A DNA stretch of 64,000 nt from an uncultured delta proteobacterium (lineage in GTDB: Bacteria > Myxococcota > Myxococcia > Myxococcales > Anaeromyxobacteraceae), in NCBI GenBank assembly GCA_963828255.1, contig CAWHDZ010000021.1, forward strand, positions 118,100-182,099, given 5' to 3'. Position numbers and translations under genes: made by a program. How positions within the stretch are numbered: position 1 is the first letter of the stretch; each line of letters opens with the position of its first letter. The notes beneath the pieces were generated by a model that searched no databases, was not told the DNA's origin, and saw nothing but the letters and a program-made list of their open reading frames with translations. Below, one piece after another: positions 49,561 through 64,000 of this stretch.

Positions 49561-49653
49561 GGTGCTGCTCCTCGGGCGCATCGCGCCCCGTGAACGGCAA
49601 CGCCCCCACGGCACCTGCCGTGAGGGCGTCACCTGGTTGAAGGTCTTCTGGAG

Positions 49654-49872
49654 CTACGCGGCGGCTTGCGGGAAGTCCCTGCCGACCCTGACGGACGCTC
49701 CGCACGTGCAGGAGACGTCCATGGCGTCCTGCTCCTCAGGTTGGCGACGTCCCCTCAGTCGTCGAGCTCTATGATGACCGCGCCGTCCGGCTCCACTGAG
49801 GTCGCGCCAGCGCATGGCCGTCGCGATGGGTCGGCCGCACGTCGGGCAGCAAGGGTGCGTGGTGGGATTCAT
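49654..49872 (-). CDS. Small Cys-containing hypothetical protein
   Basis: GAGGAG RBS; CPTCG and CTCG pairs; may be frameshifted. Confidence 0.35.
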   Translation of the reverse strand: MNPTTHPCCPTCGRPIATAMRWRDLSGAGRRGHHRARRLRGRRQPEEQDAMDVSCTCGASVRVGRDFPQAAA

Positions 49873-49891
49873 GTCGTTCTCCTCGTGAAAT

Positions 49892-49927
49892 GGGGTGCCC
49901 CCGGCCGACCTGCACCGGGGGCGCCCC
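49892..49927. terminator. Strong GC hairpin between small minus-strand ORFs (terminator or processing signal)
   Basis: GGGGTGCCCCCGG, 10-nt loop, CCGGGGGCGCCCC. Confidence 0.45.
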
Positions 49928-50104
49928 GTCCTCAGTCTTTCCCTTGCTCGCGCTTCTTCAGCACCTCGATCACCAGCGTCACGATGGCGTTGGCGATCTC
50001 GGCCCAGATGAGCACGGGATTCGGGGTCGGTGACTTGGCCACGGGACCTCCTCGACCGCCGGCCGGCGGCAGGAAGGTTGGCGAGGAGATCCTGCCGAGG
50101 ACTC

Positions 50105-51078
50105 CTACGCCGCGAGCTGCACCCCGGCCTCCTCCGCGATCGCCGTGAGCGCCGCCTGCTTGATGCCGGCCGCCCTGCCCATCCAGATCGATGCGAGCCG
50201 GGCTCGGCGCGGGTTCTCCCGCCCGGTGTCCCGGACGAGGCGGTGGTGGTCGGCGTACTCGGTCCAGCCCTGGAGGGCCGCCCAGGCGGTCCCGCGCACC
50301 CGCTCGATCCCGACGGCCGTGTCGAAGAGCTGCACGACCTTGGTGCGCTCCGCCTCCAGCCGCGTGTGGTCCTTGTCGTCCACGGGGACCGGCATGACCC
50401 GGTCGACCGTGGCCTTCATCTGGACGTCGGTGAACGGGGTGGTGGCGAGCACGTTGGCCAGCTCGCCGAGCCGATCGTAGGAACGCGCGAGCTGGGCGAA
50501 CGCCTTGCCGGCCTCGTCGAGCCGCAACCGGGCGTTGGCGGTGTGCTGGATCCGCCAGGTGGCACCGCCGCGCTCGCCCAGGGCGACGCCGAGGGTGTTG
50601 GCGCAGACCACGCGGGTGGCGACGTTCTTGATGACCACGGCGGTGACGCCGTCGTGGCCGGTGGTGCCGAGCACGTACTTCCGGATGGGCGACGGGTCGC
50701 CCTTGACGTTGATGGGGTTGGGCAACTCGCCGAGCAGCCAGCCCCGGATGCCGACCGGGCCAAGCGTGCCGGCGGTGGTGAAGACCGCCTTCACGTCCCC
50801 GGCCGCCTCGACCAGGGTGCGGGCCACCTCGCTGAACTGAACCACCTCGTAGCCCTTGCCGACGACCGACAGGTACTCGCCGCTGTCGCCGCGGACGAGC
50901 GCCTTCTTGTCGGGGATGGGGGTGCGGAACGGCGGGATGTAGACGTCCTTCTCGATCGCCTCGTAGAAGCCGGCGGCCGGGACGATCTCGTCGTAGGTGG
51001 CGCGGCGGGGAGCCGGACGCCGAGCCCGTGCCAGGGCATCTCGCCGACGTAGATCATGTGGTTGATGTCGTGAGCCAT
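50105..51078 (-). CDS. DUF932 family phage/plasmid protein; apparent frameshift near 51010
   Basis: MAHDI...MIYVGEMPWHGLG, then LSVVGKGYEVVQ, TAGTL, GHDG, RVVCANTL, IQHT, GTAWAALQGWTEYADH. Confidence 0.82.
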
Positions 51079-51298
51079 GTGGAACCTCGGGACGAACGTA
51101 TCCCGCGCCGGCCGGGCCAGCCGTGGAGGCGTCGTGAATTGGGAAGGCTGCGGCCAGGACGAGCCGCAGCGGCAGAAGTTCCCGCCAACCTCTTATCCCC
51201 GTCAACGATGGAGTATTTGCCGGGCCCTTTGGACCAGGGCAGGGCGGCAGCCTCGATCCGGGTAGACGTGCCCGTCGCGCCGGCGCGATCGCCGACCC

Positions 51299-53122
<1,824 letters not shown>

Positions 53123-53133
<11 letters not shown>

Positions 53134-54406
53134 CCAGCGCGGGAAGGTGACGATTCACGAGATCGCGTCCGGCGAAGACTATTCGTGTATTGGGGGGCCG
53201 TTTGGTTCAGACCTCACAACCAAGGACTACACGCAGAGTGGCGTGCCTGTCATCCGCGGCGCCAACCTGTCTGGCGTGGGCCACTGGATGTCCGAGGATG
53301 CGTTTGTGTACGTCTCGGAAGCGAAGGCTGACGTTCTTCGTAGGAACCTGGCGTTCCCCGGCGACATCATCTTCACGCAGCGTGGCTCGCTGGGTCAGGT
53401 GGCCCGCATCCGCCTGGACGCAAGTGCCGCGAGGTACGTGTTGTCCCAAAGTCAGATGAAACTGACGGTAGATGTAACGAAGGCGGACGCCGACTACGTC
53501 TGTCACTACTTCCGCTCGGGGGTCGGCCAACGGCGAGATCCTGCGCGCAACGACCGCAACGGGCGTGCCCCATATCAATCTTGGCGTGCTGAAGTCGTTC
53601 CAGCTTCCCCTCCCGCCCCTTCCTGAGCAGCGGCGAATTTCCGCTATCCTGGCTTCAGTTGACGACGTCATTGCGTCCGACGAGGCCCTCGCGGAACACC
53701 TTGACCGCGTGCGGCGCGCACTCACAGAGGACCTGCTGCTGCACCGGGCATCCGGGAAATGGCCGACGGTGAAGCTCGGCGACGCCGGAGAGTGGCTTAG
53801 CGGTGGTACGCCGAACAAGGAACGCTCCGACCTCTGGAATGGAACGGTTCCATGGGTCAGCCCGAAGGACATGAAAAGTGCACGCATTGGCGACGCGATC
53901 GACCATGTCAGCGACCTGCGCGGCCTCCAGCGGAACACGGCTCGTGCCGCCGGGGACGTTGCTGATGGTCGTCCGCCGGATGATCCTCGCTCACTCCTTC
54001 CCAGTTGCTCTGACGACGGCCCCGGTCACGTTCAATCAGGACATCAAGGCCCTGCGCCCTCAGCCGAATCTCGATCCGTCATACATGCTGTACTGGCTAA
54101 CGGCGGCGAAGGACCAAGTGCTCGGACTCGTAGAAGTAGCCAACCACGGAACGAAGCGACTTCGCGACTGAGCGACTGCATGATCTTTCGGTTCCGGTCC
54201 CACTGGACGAGCAGCGACGCACCGTGGGGGTGCTCCGGCGGTCGACTTCGCCTAGATGCGGAGGCGCGCTGCTCAGCCGAGCGTCGCCGCGTCAAGGCTG
54301 CCCTCGCCGACGCCCTGCTGACCGGCAAGATGCGGGTGACGGTGCGGACGGTGTGTAGAATCGGCCGTGCGCGGGCAGCGCCCGCGCGCCGACGACGAGG
54401 TCCATC

Positions 54407-54410
<4 letters not shown>
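53123..54410 (+). CDS. hsdS: Type I R-M specificity subunit S; apparent frameshifts, end approximate
   Basis: Two TRDs (GGPFGSDL...; SGGTP...W.G.VPWVSPKDM) separated by LPPLPEQRRISAIL; C-terminal LLTGKMRV. Confidence 0.88.
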
Positions 54411-56520
<2,110 letters not shown>

Positions 56521-57864
56521 TCCATCTGGGCGATGAATCCCTGAGGGCAGACCTCTATCGGGGCGAACTCTCCGATCAGATTCCGATCTATTTCATTGGT
56601 CGAGAGGAATTCTTCGATCGGGAGTATCTCTATGGCACTCCCAAGGGAGATTACTTTGACAATGCGGAGCGCTTCACCTTCTTCTCAAAGGCAGCCCTCA
56701 CCCTCTGTCGGGCCATAGGGTTTTCTCCGGACGTCATCCACCATCATGAATGGCAAACAGGGTTAATCTCTGCCTACCTCAAATCCACCTCCCGAGAAGA
56801 TCCCCTCTTCGCTCATACAGCCGTGGTGTTCACCATTCACAATATCGCCTATCAGGGACTCTTTCGAAAGGAGAAACTCTCGCTTACAGGTCTTCCGCTG
56901 GAGCTGTACAATCCGGAAGGGATCGAGTTCTGGGAACGGATCAACTTCATGAAGGCGGGGATCGTCTATGCCGATGTGATCAACACGGTGAGCCAGAAAT
57001 ACAGTGAAGAGATCCAGACCGCCGGATATGGTTACGGATTGGAGGGGATCTTAAGAAAACGAAGCCGGGATCTCTACGGCATTCTCAATGGCGTGCGATT
57101 ATCAGGATTGGGATCCTTCACAGGATTCGCGTCTCGCCTCCCCGTACAGTCCGGAGGATCTTTCCGGAAAGCGGGTGTGTAAAAGGGACCTCCTGAGGGA
57201 ATTGAATCTTCCCCCGTCTCTTGAAACGTTCCCGTCCTGGGGGTCATCTCCCGTTTCGCGGACCAGAAGGGGTTTGACCTCCTGTTCGCCGAGATTCTCG
57301 AAGTCTCTTCAGTCTCGATATCGGTTTCGTCTTGCTGGGCACGGGGGAACAGAAATACCACGATCTCTTTACTCGGATCGGCCGTCCGTATCCTCAAAAG
57401 GCAGGGATCCGGATCGCCTACGACGATCGTCTGGCCCACATGATCGAAGCCGGGTCCGATATCTTCCTGATGCCCTCCAAGTACGAACCCTGTGGACTCA
57501 ACCAGATCTACAGCCTGAAATATGGGACGATTCCCGTCGTTCGCGCCACCGGAGGGCTCGACGATACGATCGTCCCTTACGACCCTGCAACCGGTCATGG
57601 AAACGGGTTTAAATTTATTCGCTACGATGCCAGAGTGTCTCCTTGAACAGATCAAGGCGGCCCTTCGGACCTATCATCGGCCCAAGCATTGGGAACGACT
57701 TCTCCGGAACACCATGACTGCGGACTTTTCCTGGAAGAGGTCGGCGGAGTCCTATCTCGATCTTTATCCGAAAGGCATTGGCGAAACGAAAAAGAGTCCC
57801 TTCCAACAAGGCGTTGGGCGCTCTGACAAAGGGTCCTTTGGAAATTCACCTCGATCGAGTGTGA
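56521..57864 (+). CDS. glgA: Glycogen synthase, N-terminus missing, several apparent frameshifts, end approximate
   Basis: DNAERF.FF, HHHEWQT, FTIHNIAYQG, TVS.KYSEEI, GILNG, DQKGFDL, MPSKYEPCGLNQIYSLKYGT.PVVRATGGL.DT, DFSW. Confidence 0.9.
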
Positions 57865-57877
57865 GGGGGACGTTGGC

Positions 57878-58812
57878 ATGAGAAAAGGAAATCCGTTGAG
57901 AGGGCTCCGATGGGCAGTCTCTTTTTTCTCTTCTCGTGATTCCGTCCCTTGTCGTCAGCAAACCCCTTCCGTTTAAAAGTGGAGATCGGCCCAGACTCAT
58001 CGAAACCGGAGAGCTCACAGGATTCACGGATCACCCCTCCCTTCGGATCATCGATATGCGGACCTCCCTTCTCGACTACCTGCAAGGTCATCTCCCCAAT
58101 GCCGTCTATCTCTCCTTCGAGGTTCTTCGGGTCCCCCGAAACGGCATTCCAGCCCAGGCCCCTGATCGGATCACCTCGAAAAGATCCTGGGGGAGTTCTT
58201 AAGCGTCTCGAACGATATGTGGGTCATTCTCTACTCTGAAAAATCAAACCCCAATGCCACCTACCTGGCATGGGCCCTCGACTTTTTAGGCCATAAGAGG
58301 GTCCTCCTCCTCAACGGAGGCTGGGAGAAATGGGTCTCGGAAAAACACCCCGTAACGCAGGAATATCCTGTGCTCTCTCCGAAAAAATTCTTCGGGAAGG
58401 TCATCCGGGAAACATTGGCTGAAAAGAAATGGGTTTACGATCGATTGAATACAACGGGGGACGCCATTGTCGATGCCCGGCCGCCCAAACAGTACAGTGG
58501 TGAAGAAGGCGAGGAGATCCGGCAAGGCCATATCCCCGGGGCGAGAAATATCTTCTGGGAAACAACCCTCGAAGGGGAGGAGGTGAGGGGCTGGAAGAAG
58601 CGGGGAGGACTTAGAGAGACTCTTCACTGAATCCGGGGTCACGAAGGACAAAGACATCATCGTCCACTGTCGAACCGGAAGAGAAGCAAGCCATGTCTAT
58701 TTTACCCTAAAACAGGTCCTGGGATTTCCCAGAGTTCGCCTCTTTCAAGGCTCCTGGGTGGAATGGTCTGCGGATAAAAAGTATGCCGGTAAAAACCGGC
58801 ATGGACCCTTAG
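57878..58812 (+). CDS. Two-domain rhodanese / sulfurtransferase, possibly exported; apparent frameshifts
   Basis: IIDMR...YLQGHLPNAV, LLNGGWEKW, IVDARP..QYSG, GHIPGA, active-site loop HCRTGREA, GSWVEWS. Confidence 0.85.
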
Positions 58813-58923
58813 GCGAATGCGGGTAGCTTGACAAAACAGGACCTTCTGTGCCATTTTTATCGCTAATGTTGTAAACAGTTCAGTTTCTCAAAAATCTCCA
58901 ATCCTTCCGGGAGGAGAGTTCAG

Positions 58924-60620
58924 TTGATTCGCAAGATAATACTACTGGGGATGATCTTGGTTTTCTCCTCAGCCTGTCTTCCCAGTTTGAGCCTCCTTCA
59001 TGAGAAGGACCGTCCTGAACAGACCGCCCTCCAGGAGGAACCTCATTCCCTTTTTACTCCGTCCGAACTGGAGGCCCTCTTTTCCTGCGACCCACCGGCT
59101 GTTCAAACGGAAGTCTCCTCGCTCCCCTCTATGCTGCCCGCCAATGGGGTCAATCCCGGTAGGCTCGAACTTCCCATCAGTGATCAATCCAACGACGATT
59201 TTAACCTTGAGATCCTCCCCGGAGGCCCTCCAAAGAAGGGACCTGATTTCGATATCCCGATTGTGATCAACGAGAAGGTCGAACATTTCATCCAGTATTT
59301 TCAGACCACGGCCAAAAACCGGTTCGCGAACTGGCTGGCCCGATCGGAAAAGTATATTCCCTTCATGAGAAATGTGCTGAAAGAGACGGGCCTTCCGGAA
59401 GATCTCGTCTATCTTGCCCTCATCGAGAGCGGGTTCAACCCCTATGCCTATTCGAGAAGCAAGGCTTCAGGCCCCTGGCAATTTATTTATCTGACCGGCA
59501 AACGGTATGGTTTGAAGGTGAACTGGTGGGTGGATGAACGGCGGGATCCTGAGAAGTCGACCGTCGCCGCAGCGAAATATCTCAAGGATCTCTACGATAT
59601 GTTTGAATGCTGGTATCTTGCAGCCGCCGGTTACAATGCGGGGGAATTCAAGATCGCAGAGCCATGAAGCGCTACCGGACAGAAGATTTTTGGGAACTTA
59701 CCAAATATCCCTTCCTGAAACAGGAGACAAAGACTATGTCCCGCAGATGATTGCTGCAGCCCTCATCGCAAAGGATCCGGAGGCCTATGGCTTTACAGGG
59801 ATCGAGTATCAGGAACCTCTCCGCTATGATAAGGTCCAGGTTCCTCCCCGATGGACCTTCAGCTTATTGCCAGGACGGCTGATGCGCCACTGGAAGAGAT
59901 CAAGGATCTCAATCCTGAATTATTGAGAGGGTGTACCCCTCCGGATGAGCCCGGTTATGAAATCAGGATCCCTTATGGAAAGAGGGAGCGCTTCCTCGTA
60001 AACCTTGAAGCCCTTCAACCCATTGAAAGGGTTCGGTTTAAAACCCACACCGTGAAAAAGGGGGAAACGATCCAGCGGATTGCCCGCCTCTATCAGGTTG
60101 AGCTGGACCCCCTGCTCGAAATCAACCGATTGAATAAAGGAAGCCGAATGCCTCCCCGGGGATGAATCTCATGATCCCCATCTCCAAGTCTCAGCCCGAT
60201 CCAAAACCCCTCCTCGCAGCGAAAAAGAGGCCAGAGGTCGAAAACCGAAGCCCTAAGCCTCAAGAAACGATCTATACGATCAAGAAAGGGGATACGCTGT
60301 GGAGTATTTCATCGGAACTCGGAATTAACATCGGCGCACTCAGCCGCTGGAATAACCTCCATCCGGAAAAGAAATTAATGCCTGGCGACAAACTCAAAAT
60401 CCGACTTGACGGCTCTACCGACACTCCGGATGAAACCCCGGGAGGAAAGAGTGGGAAGGAAATCATTTACGTGGTGAAACAGGGAGACACCCTCTGGAGC
60501 ATCGCCAAAAAATACATCTCACCATTTCCGACATCCGGGGCGTGGAATCATCTCAACGGGAAAGATCAGATTCGTCCTGCCGATCGATTGAAATTGCGGG
60601 TACCAGGGATTAAATCTTAA
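58924..60620 (+). CDS. MltD-like lytic transglycosylase with three LysM domains, predicted lipoprotein; apparent frameshifts
   Basis: Lipobox-like [35 protein letters not shown]; LysM starts [28 protein letters not shown]. Confidence 0.88.
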
Positions 60621-60835
60621 GCTCTGCAATCGATTCCCTCTTGTAAAACCCAAGGCGTGAAAGAACTGGAACAAGATTTTCTCACCCAACTTTACCAGGA
60701 TATCGAGAGCCCCCCTGAAAAGGTTGAATGACAAACTTGATCAATAAATTCATCTCATTATAAACACATTTTAATCCGTTATACATCGGGGAAGGATTCG
60801 TCATGACAATTTTGACCAGAGTTCCAATTTTTAGC

Positions 60836-60872
60836 TTGACAAACCTGTTTTTTTTGTGTATACAGTATACAC
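60836..60872 (+). promoter_or_regulatory. Sigma70 promoter overlapped by a perfect palindrome (GntR/FadR-like operator)
   Basis: TTGACA (60836-60841), 17-nt spacer, TATACA (60859-60864); palindrome GTGTATAC-A-GTATACAC (60856-60872). Confidence 0.7.
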
Positions 60873-61061
60873 TTTTAGGTTTCCCGAAAAGACCTGCTGC
60901 TTTGGCATCATTTGCCTAAACTATCGAATAAAATTCAATGGACACTGTTTTTCTGTCTGGAAACAAGGAAGAAGCAAAGTATTTATTAAAATGGAAAGGA
61001 GGGGATAAGATTCCAAGAGATTAATTTTTTAACGGCCTAACTCAATTAAAGGAGGGTGAGT

Positions 61062-63054
61062 ATGTTACCAGGATTAAAAAGTATCCCCATATCTTCAGTC
61101 CCATGAAGATTGGGAAACTGAAGGTAAAGAACCGCGTGAAGTATGCATCGACGGAGACGAACTTCAATTATCGTGACGGTTATGTTTCGGATAAGGAAGT
61201 TGGTTACATGGAAGCGCAGGCCAGAGGCGGCGCGGGTATCGTGACGACGCAGGGTGCGTACACGGACCCCCGCGGTGAAGGCCGGGGCTATGTCGGCATG
61301 ATGGCGATCTGGGATGACAAGTTCATTCCCGGGTTGAAGAGACTGGCGGACGTGATCCACAAGCACGATGCCGTCGCCTGTTTGCAGCTGATGCACTGCG
61401 GTCGTGTCGGCGCGATCGAGCTGAACTACTCGGTGGGTCCGTCCGATGTACCGCAGAAGCTGCCCTTGTTCCGTCCCCCGGTGGAGATGACGAAGGAGGA
61501 GGATCAAGGATTGTATCCAGGAGCACATTGACGGCGCAGCGCAGGGCGGTCGAAGCGGGCTACATGATGGTCGAGATTTCGGGCATCGTGGGTTACCTTC
61601 TTTCGAACTACGTTTCTTCGTACACGAACAAGAGAACGGATGAGTACGGCGGCGACATCCATGGCACAGAAGCGTTCATGAAGGACATCATCAAGGGCTG
61701 CAAGGCAAGTCCGCCGCGACGTTCCGGTCGGCATTCGTCTTTGCGGCGAGGAGCTGTTGGATGACCGCGGTGGTAACACGGTTGAGGAGAGCCTCGAGTC
61801 GATCAAGATGGCGGAGGAAGCGGGATGTGATTACCTGAGCGTAACGGCGGGCTGGCAGGAGTGTGCGGTATCGGTCATCACGCGCGACGTTCCGATGGGC
61901 GACTGGCTCTACATTGCGGAGCGGATGAAGAAGAACATGAAGATCCCTGTTACCATGGCGTACCGTCAGTTCGTACCGGAGATTCCGGAGAAGGCGATGA
62001 CGGAAGGGAAGCTGGATCTCTGGGAGATGTGCCGTCCGATGATCGCGGATCCCTTCCTGCCGATCAAGATCATGGAAGACCGTCAGCAGGATATCATTCC
62101 CTGTATCGCCTGCAACGTCTGCCTGGCCCGTCTGTTCCGGGATACGGAACTTTGTTGTACGGTTCGTCCGTCCCTGGGTCATGAGAACGAGGTGGATTGG
62201 GGTTTCTACGGTTTGGAGAAATCAAGACCAAGAAGAAGGTCATTGTCTTGGGTCGGGGATTGCAGGACTTCAGGCCGCAGCCATTGCCGCGGAAAAGGGC
62301 CATGATGTCACGGTCTACGAGAAGAACGACCATGTCGGCGGTCAGTTCGCGGCCGCAGCCCATGGTCCCTGGGGCGACAAGGAATTTCAGCGGATGGTCA
62401 ATTACCTGAAGGCCCAGTGCGATAAGCACGGGGCCAAGATCGTCCTCAATACCACGGTGACCAAGGAGCTTCTGGAGAAGGAAAAGGCCGATTCCGTGAT
62501 CATCGCCACAGGCGCCACCCCGGACAGATCGATTCCCGGAAGCGATAAACCCCATGTCGTCTCTCTGTTCGACGTCCTCGAGGGAAAAGTGAAGCTGGGC
62601 GAGAAAGTGGTCATTGTGGGCGGTTCGGGCGCAGCCATTTCCACAGCCCTCTATATCATGGACAAGGGAAAGCATACGGTTTCCATTGTTGACAAACCCA
62701 AGAAGTTCGGGACAGACGTCAATCCGTCCTATATCTGGCGATACATGAAGAAGATGAAGGAAGGCGATGTCGCCCAGGTGACGCAGAGCCTTGTGAAGGA
62801 GATCCGGGATAAAGAGGTCGTGGTGGAGGGCCCTGACAAGAAAGAGAGCGTCCATCCCTGCGGACTCCGTTGTCCTTGCCAACCTGGTGCCCGATAAGGC
62901 GGTGGGATATGGCAAAGTATGCGAAAGAGGTCTATCATGATCGGCGATTGCATTCAGGTGCGCAGGGGGACGGCGAGCGATTCGCGATGGTTATAAGATG
63001 GGGATGAGAGTCGACTTCCTACCCTATCAGACCTATCACAGGATCAAACATTAA
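61062..63054 (+). CDS. NADH:flavin oxidoreductase, Old Yellow Enzyme family with Fe-S and FAD domains (FadH/BaiCD-like architecture); several apparent frameshifts
   Basis: IFSPMKIGKLKVKNR, ARGGAGIV, QLMHCGR, NKRTDEYGG, RPMIADP, CIACNVC, AGLQAA..AAEKGH.V, IIATGA, IGDC. Confidence 0.88.
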
Positions 63055-63198
63055 TGCGTGACCGCGTCTGCACGCCAGGGTGTATTTCGGCACGCAGGCG
63101 TGATCGCGTGTCCGTGACTCGGACGGAGATAAAGAGGCACTGAAAGTGGACACGCATCACGAGCGGTGAATCACAAATCACGAAAAAAGGAGAAGCCT

Positions 63199-63423
63199 AT
63201 GGTACCACATGTCGTTGTTTCCAAATGCACGGGTTGCGGAACCTGTGTCAAGGAGTGTCCGGATCAAATCATCGGTTTGGTTAAAAATAAGGCGGCCATT
63301 CTCACCGATCTCTGTGTGGAATGCGGCATCTGCGCCTTTGTCTGTCCCTTTGTTGCAATGGTCAATGAACTTCCCAACGGCGGCTACGAGACCGGGAATA
63401 TTCTTCATTTCTCAAGACGATAA
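63199..63423 (+). CDS. 2x[4Fe-4S] ferredoxin
   Basis: CTGCGTCVKECP and CVECGICAFVCP; AAGGAG RBS. Confidence 0.92.
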   Translation: MVPHVVVSKCTGCGTCVKECPDQIIGLVKNKAAILTDLCVECGICAFVCPFVAMVNELPNGGYETGNILHFSRR

Positions 63424-63542
63424 CGGAGCCTTTGAAATTGGAGAGGAGTGTGAGTTCAGAGCGCGAATGCTCATTTTTTTTGCAGGGTCGAATCTTCGGG
63501 GGGGAACAACTCCAAGAGACTGGAAAAGACAGGAGGAATCGT

Positions 63543-63966
63543 ATGAAGGTAAATAAAATCGACCATATTTGTATTGCGGTGAAAGACCTGGAGGCAGCAC
63601 GAAAGGTTTGGGAGACCGATTCTTGGAAAATCAAAACCCGATGATCCTTACATCGATGAACCCGAGAAGATCAAAGTCGCCAGGTACTGGCTGGGGGAGG
63701 TCGGGTTTGAACTGATGGAATCCACGACCCCTGATGGCGACGTGGCCAAGTTCATCGAAAAGAAGGGCGAGGGCGTTATGATCATCGGGCTGAACGTGGA
63801 TAGCACCGAGGCAGCGATGAATGAATTGAAGGCAAAGGATTACCCCTTCATCGGCGGGCTGAGGCCCTTCCGGGGCTGCAAATTTGCCTTTGTCCATCCC
63901 AAAAAGGTCAATGGGGTCCTTCTTGAACTCATCGACTACCCCTGGAATGAGTTTAAGAAAAAATAG
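63543..63966 (+). CDS. VOC family enzyme, methylmalonyl-CoA epimerase-like; apparent frameshift near 63620
   Basis: KIDHICIAVKDLE, FELME, KFIEKKGEG, AFVHPK..NGVLLEL. Confidence 0.85.
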
Positions 63967-64000
63967 TTTTAATTAGCGCCCCATTTAAGGTAATAAAAAA

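Noticed and set aside
47935..49632. Single Rad52-nuclease fusion ORF of 565 aa
   Set aside because: The linking part is an off-frame translation caused by an indel near 49205. The Rad52-like frame has its own stop at 48777 and the nuclease has its own RBS and GTG.

Overview
The window has three parts. (1) 1-41,790 is very GC-rich chromosome of a myxobacterium-like, probably Anaeromyxobacter-like, bacterium (taxon inferred from gene content and codon style). It carries intact housekeeping and accessory genes: purM-purN, rpmB, adenosine deaminase, folD, gcvT-H-PA-PB, two tandem outer-membrane beta-barrel paralogues, a TonB-family protein, a transglycosylase, infA, crcB, ruvX-mltG, an M23 peptidase, a Ser/Thr kinase, a DEAD-box helicase, an RpoH-like sigma factor and others. 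It also holds an orphan two-gene unit resembling a type III secretion substrate plus TPR chaperone behind a candidate sigma54 promoter. (2) 41,791-~56,520 is tRNA-Asn(GTT) followed by an integrated element. The element encodes a large serine recombinase whose ORF runs antisense into the tRNA, a LexA-like repressor, a Zn-finger/TOPRIM primase-like protein followed by a nested direct/inverted repeat, a Rad52/Sak-like plus PD-(D/E)XK plus DUF932 module, and a type I restriction-modification operon. (3) ~56,521-64,000 switches abruptly, mid-hsdR, to much lower-GC DNA that looks like another organism: glgA fragment, rhodanese, MltD-LysM, OYE-family flavin oxidoreductase, ferredoxin and a VOC enzyme. 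This join is most likely an assembly or read chimera. From ~44.2 kb onward most genes have small indels that are probably sequencing errors. All family calls come from reading motifs by eye; no database search was run, and start codons are best estimates.
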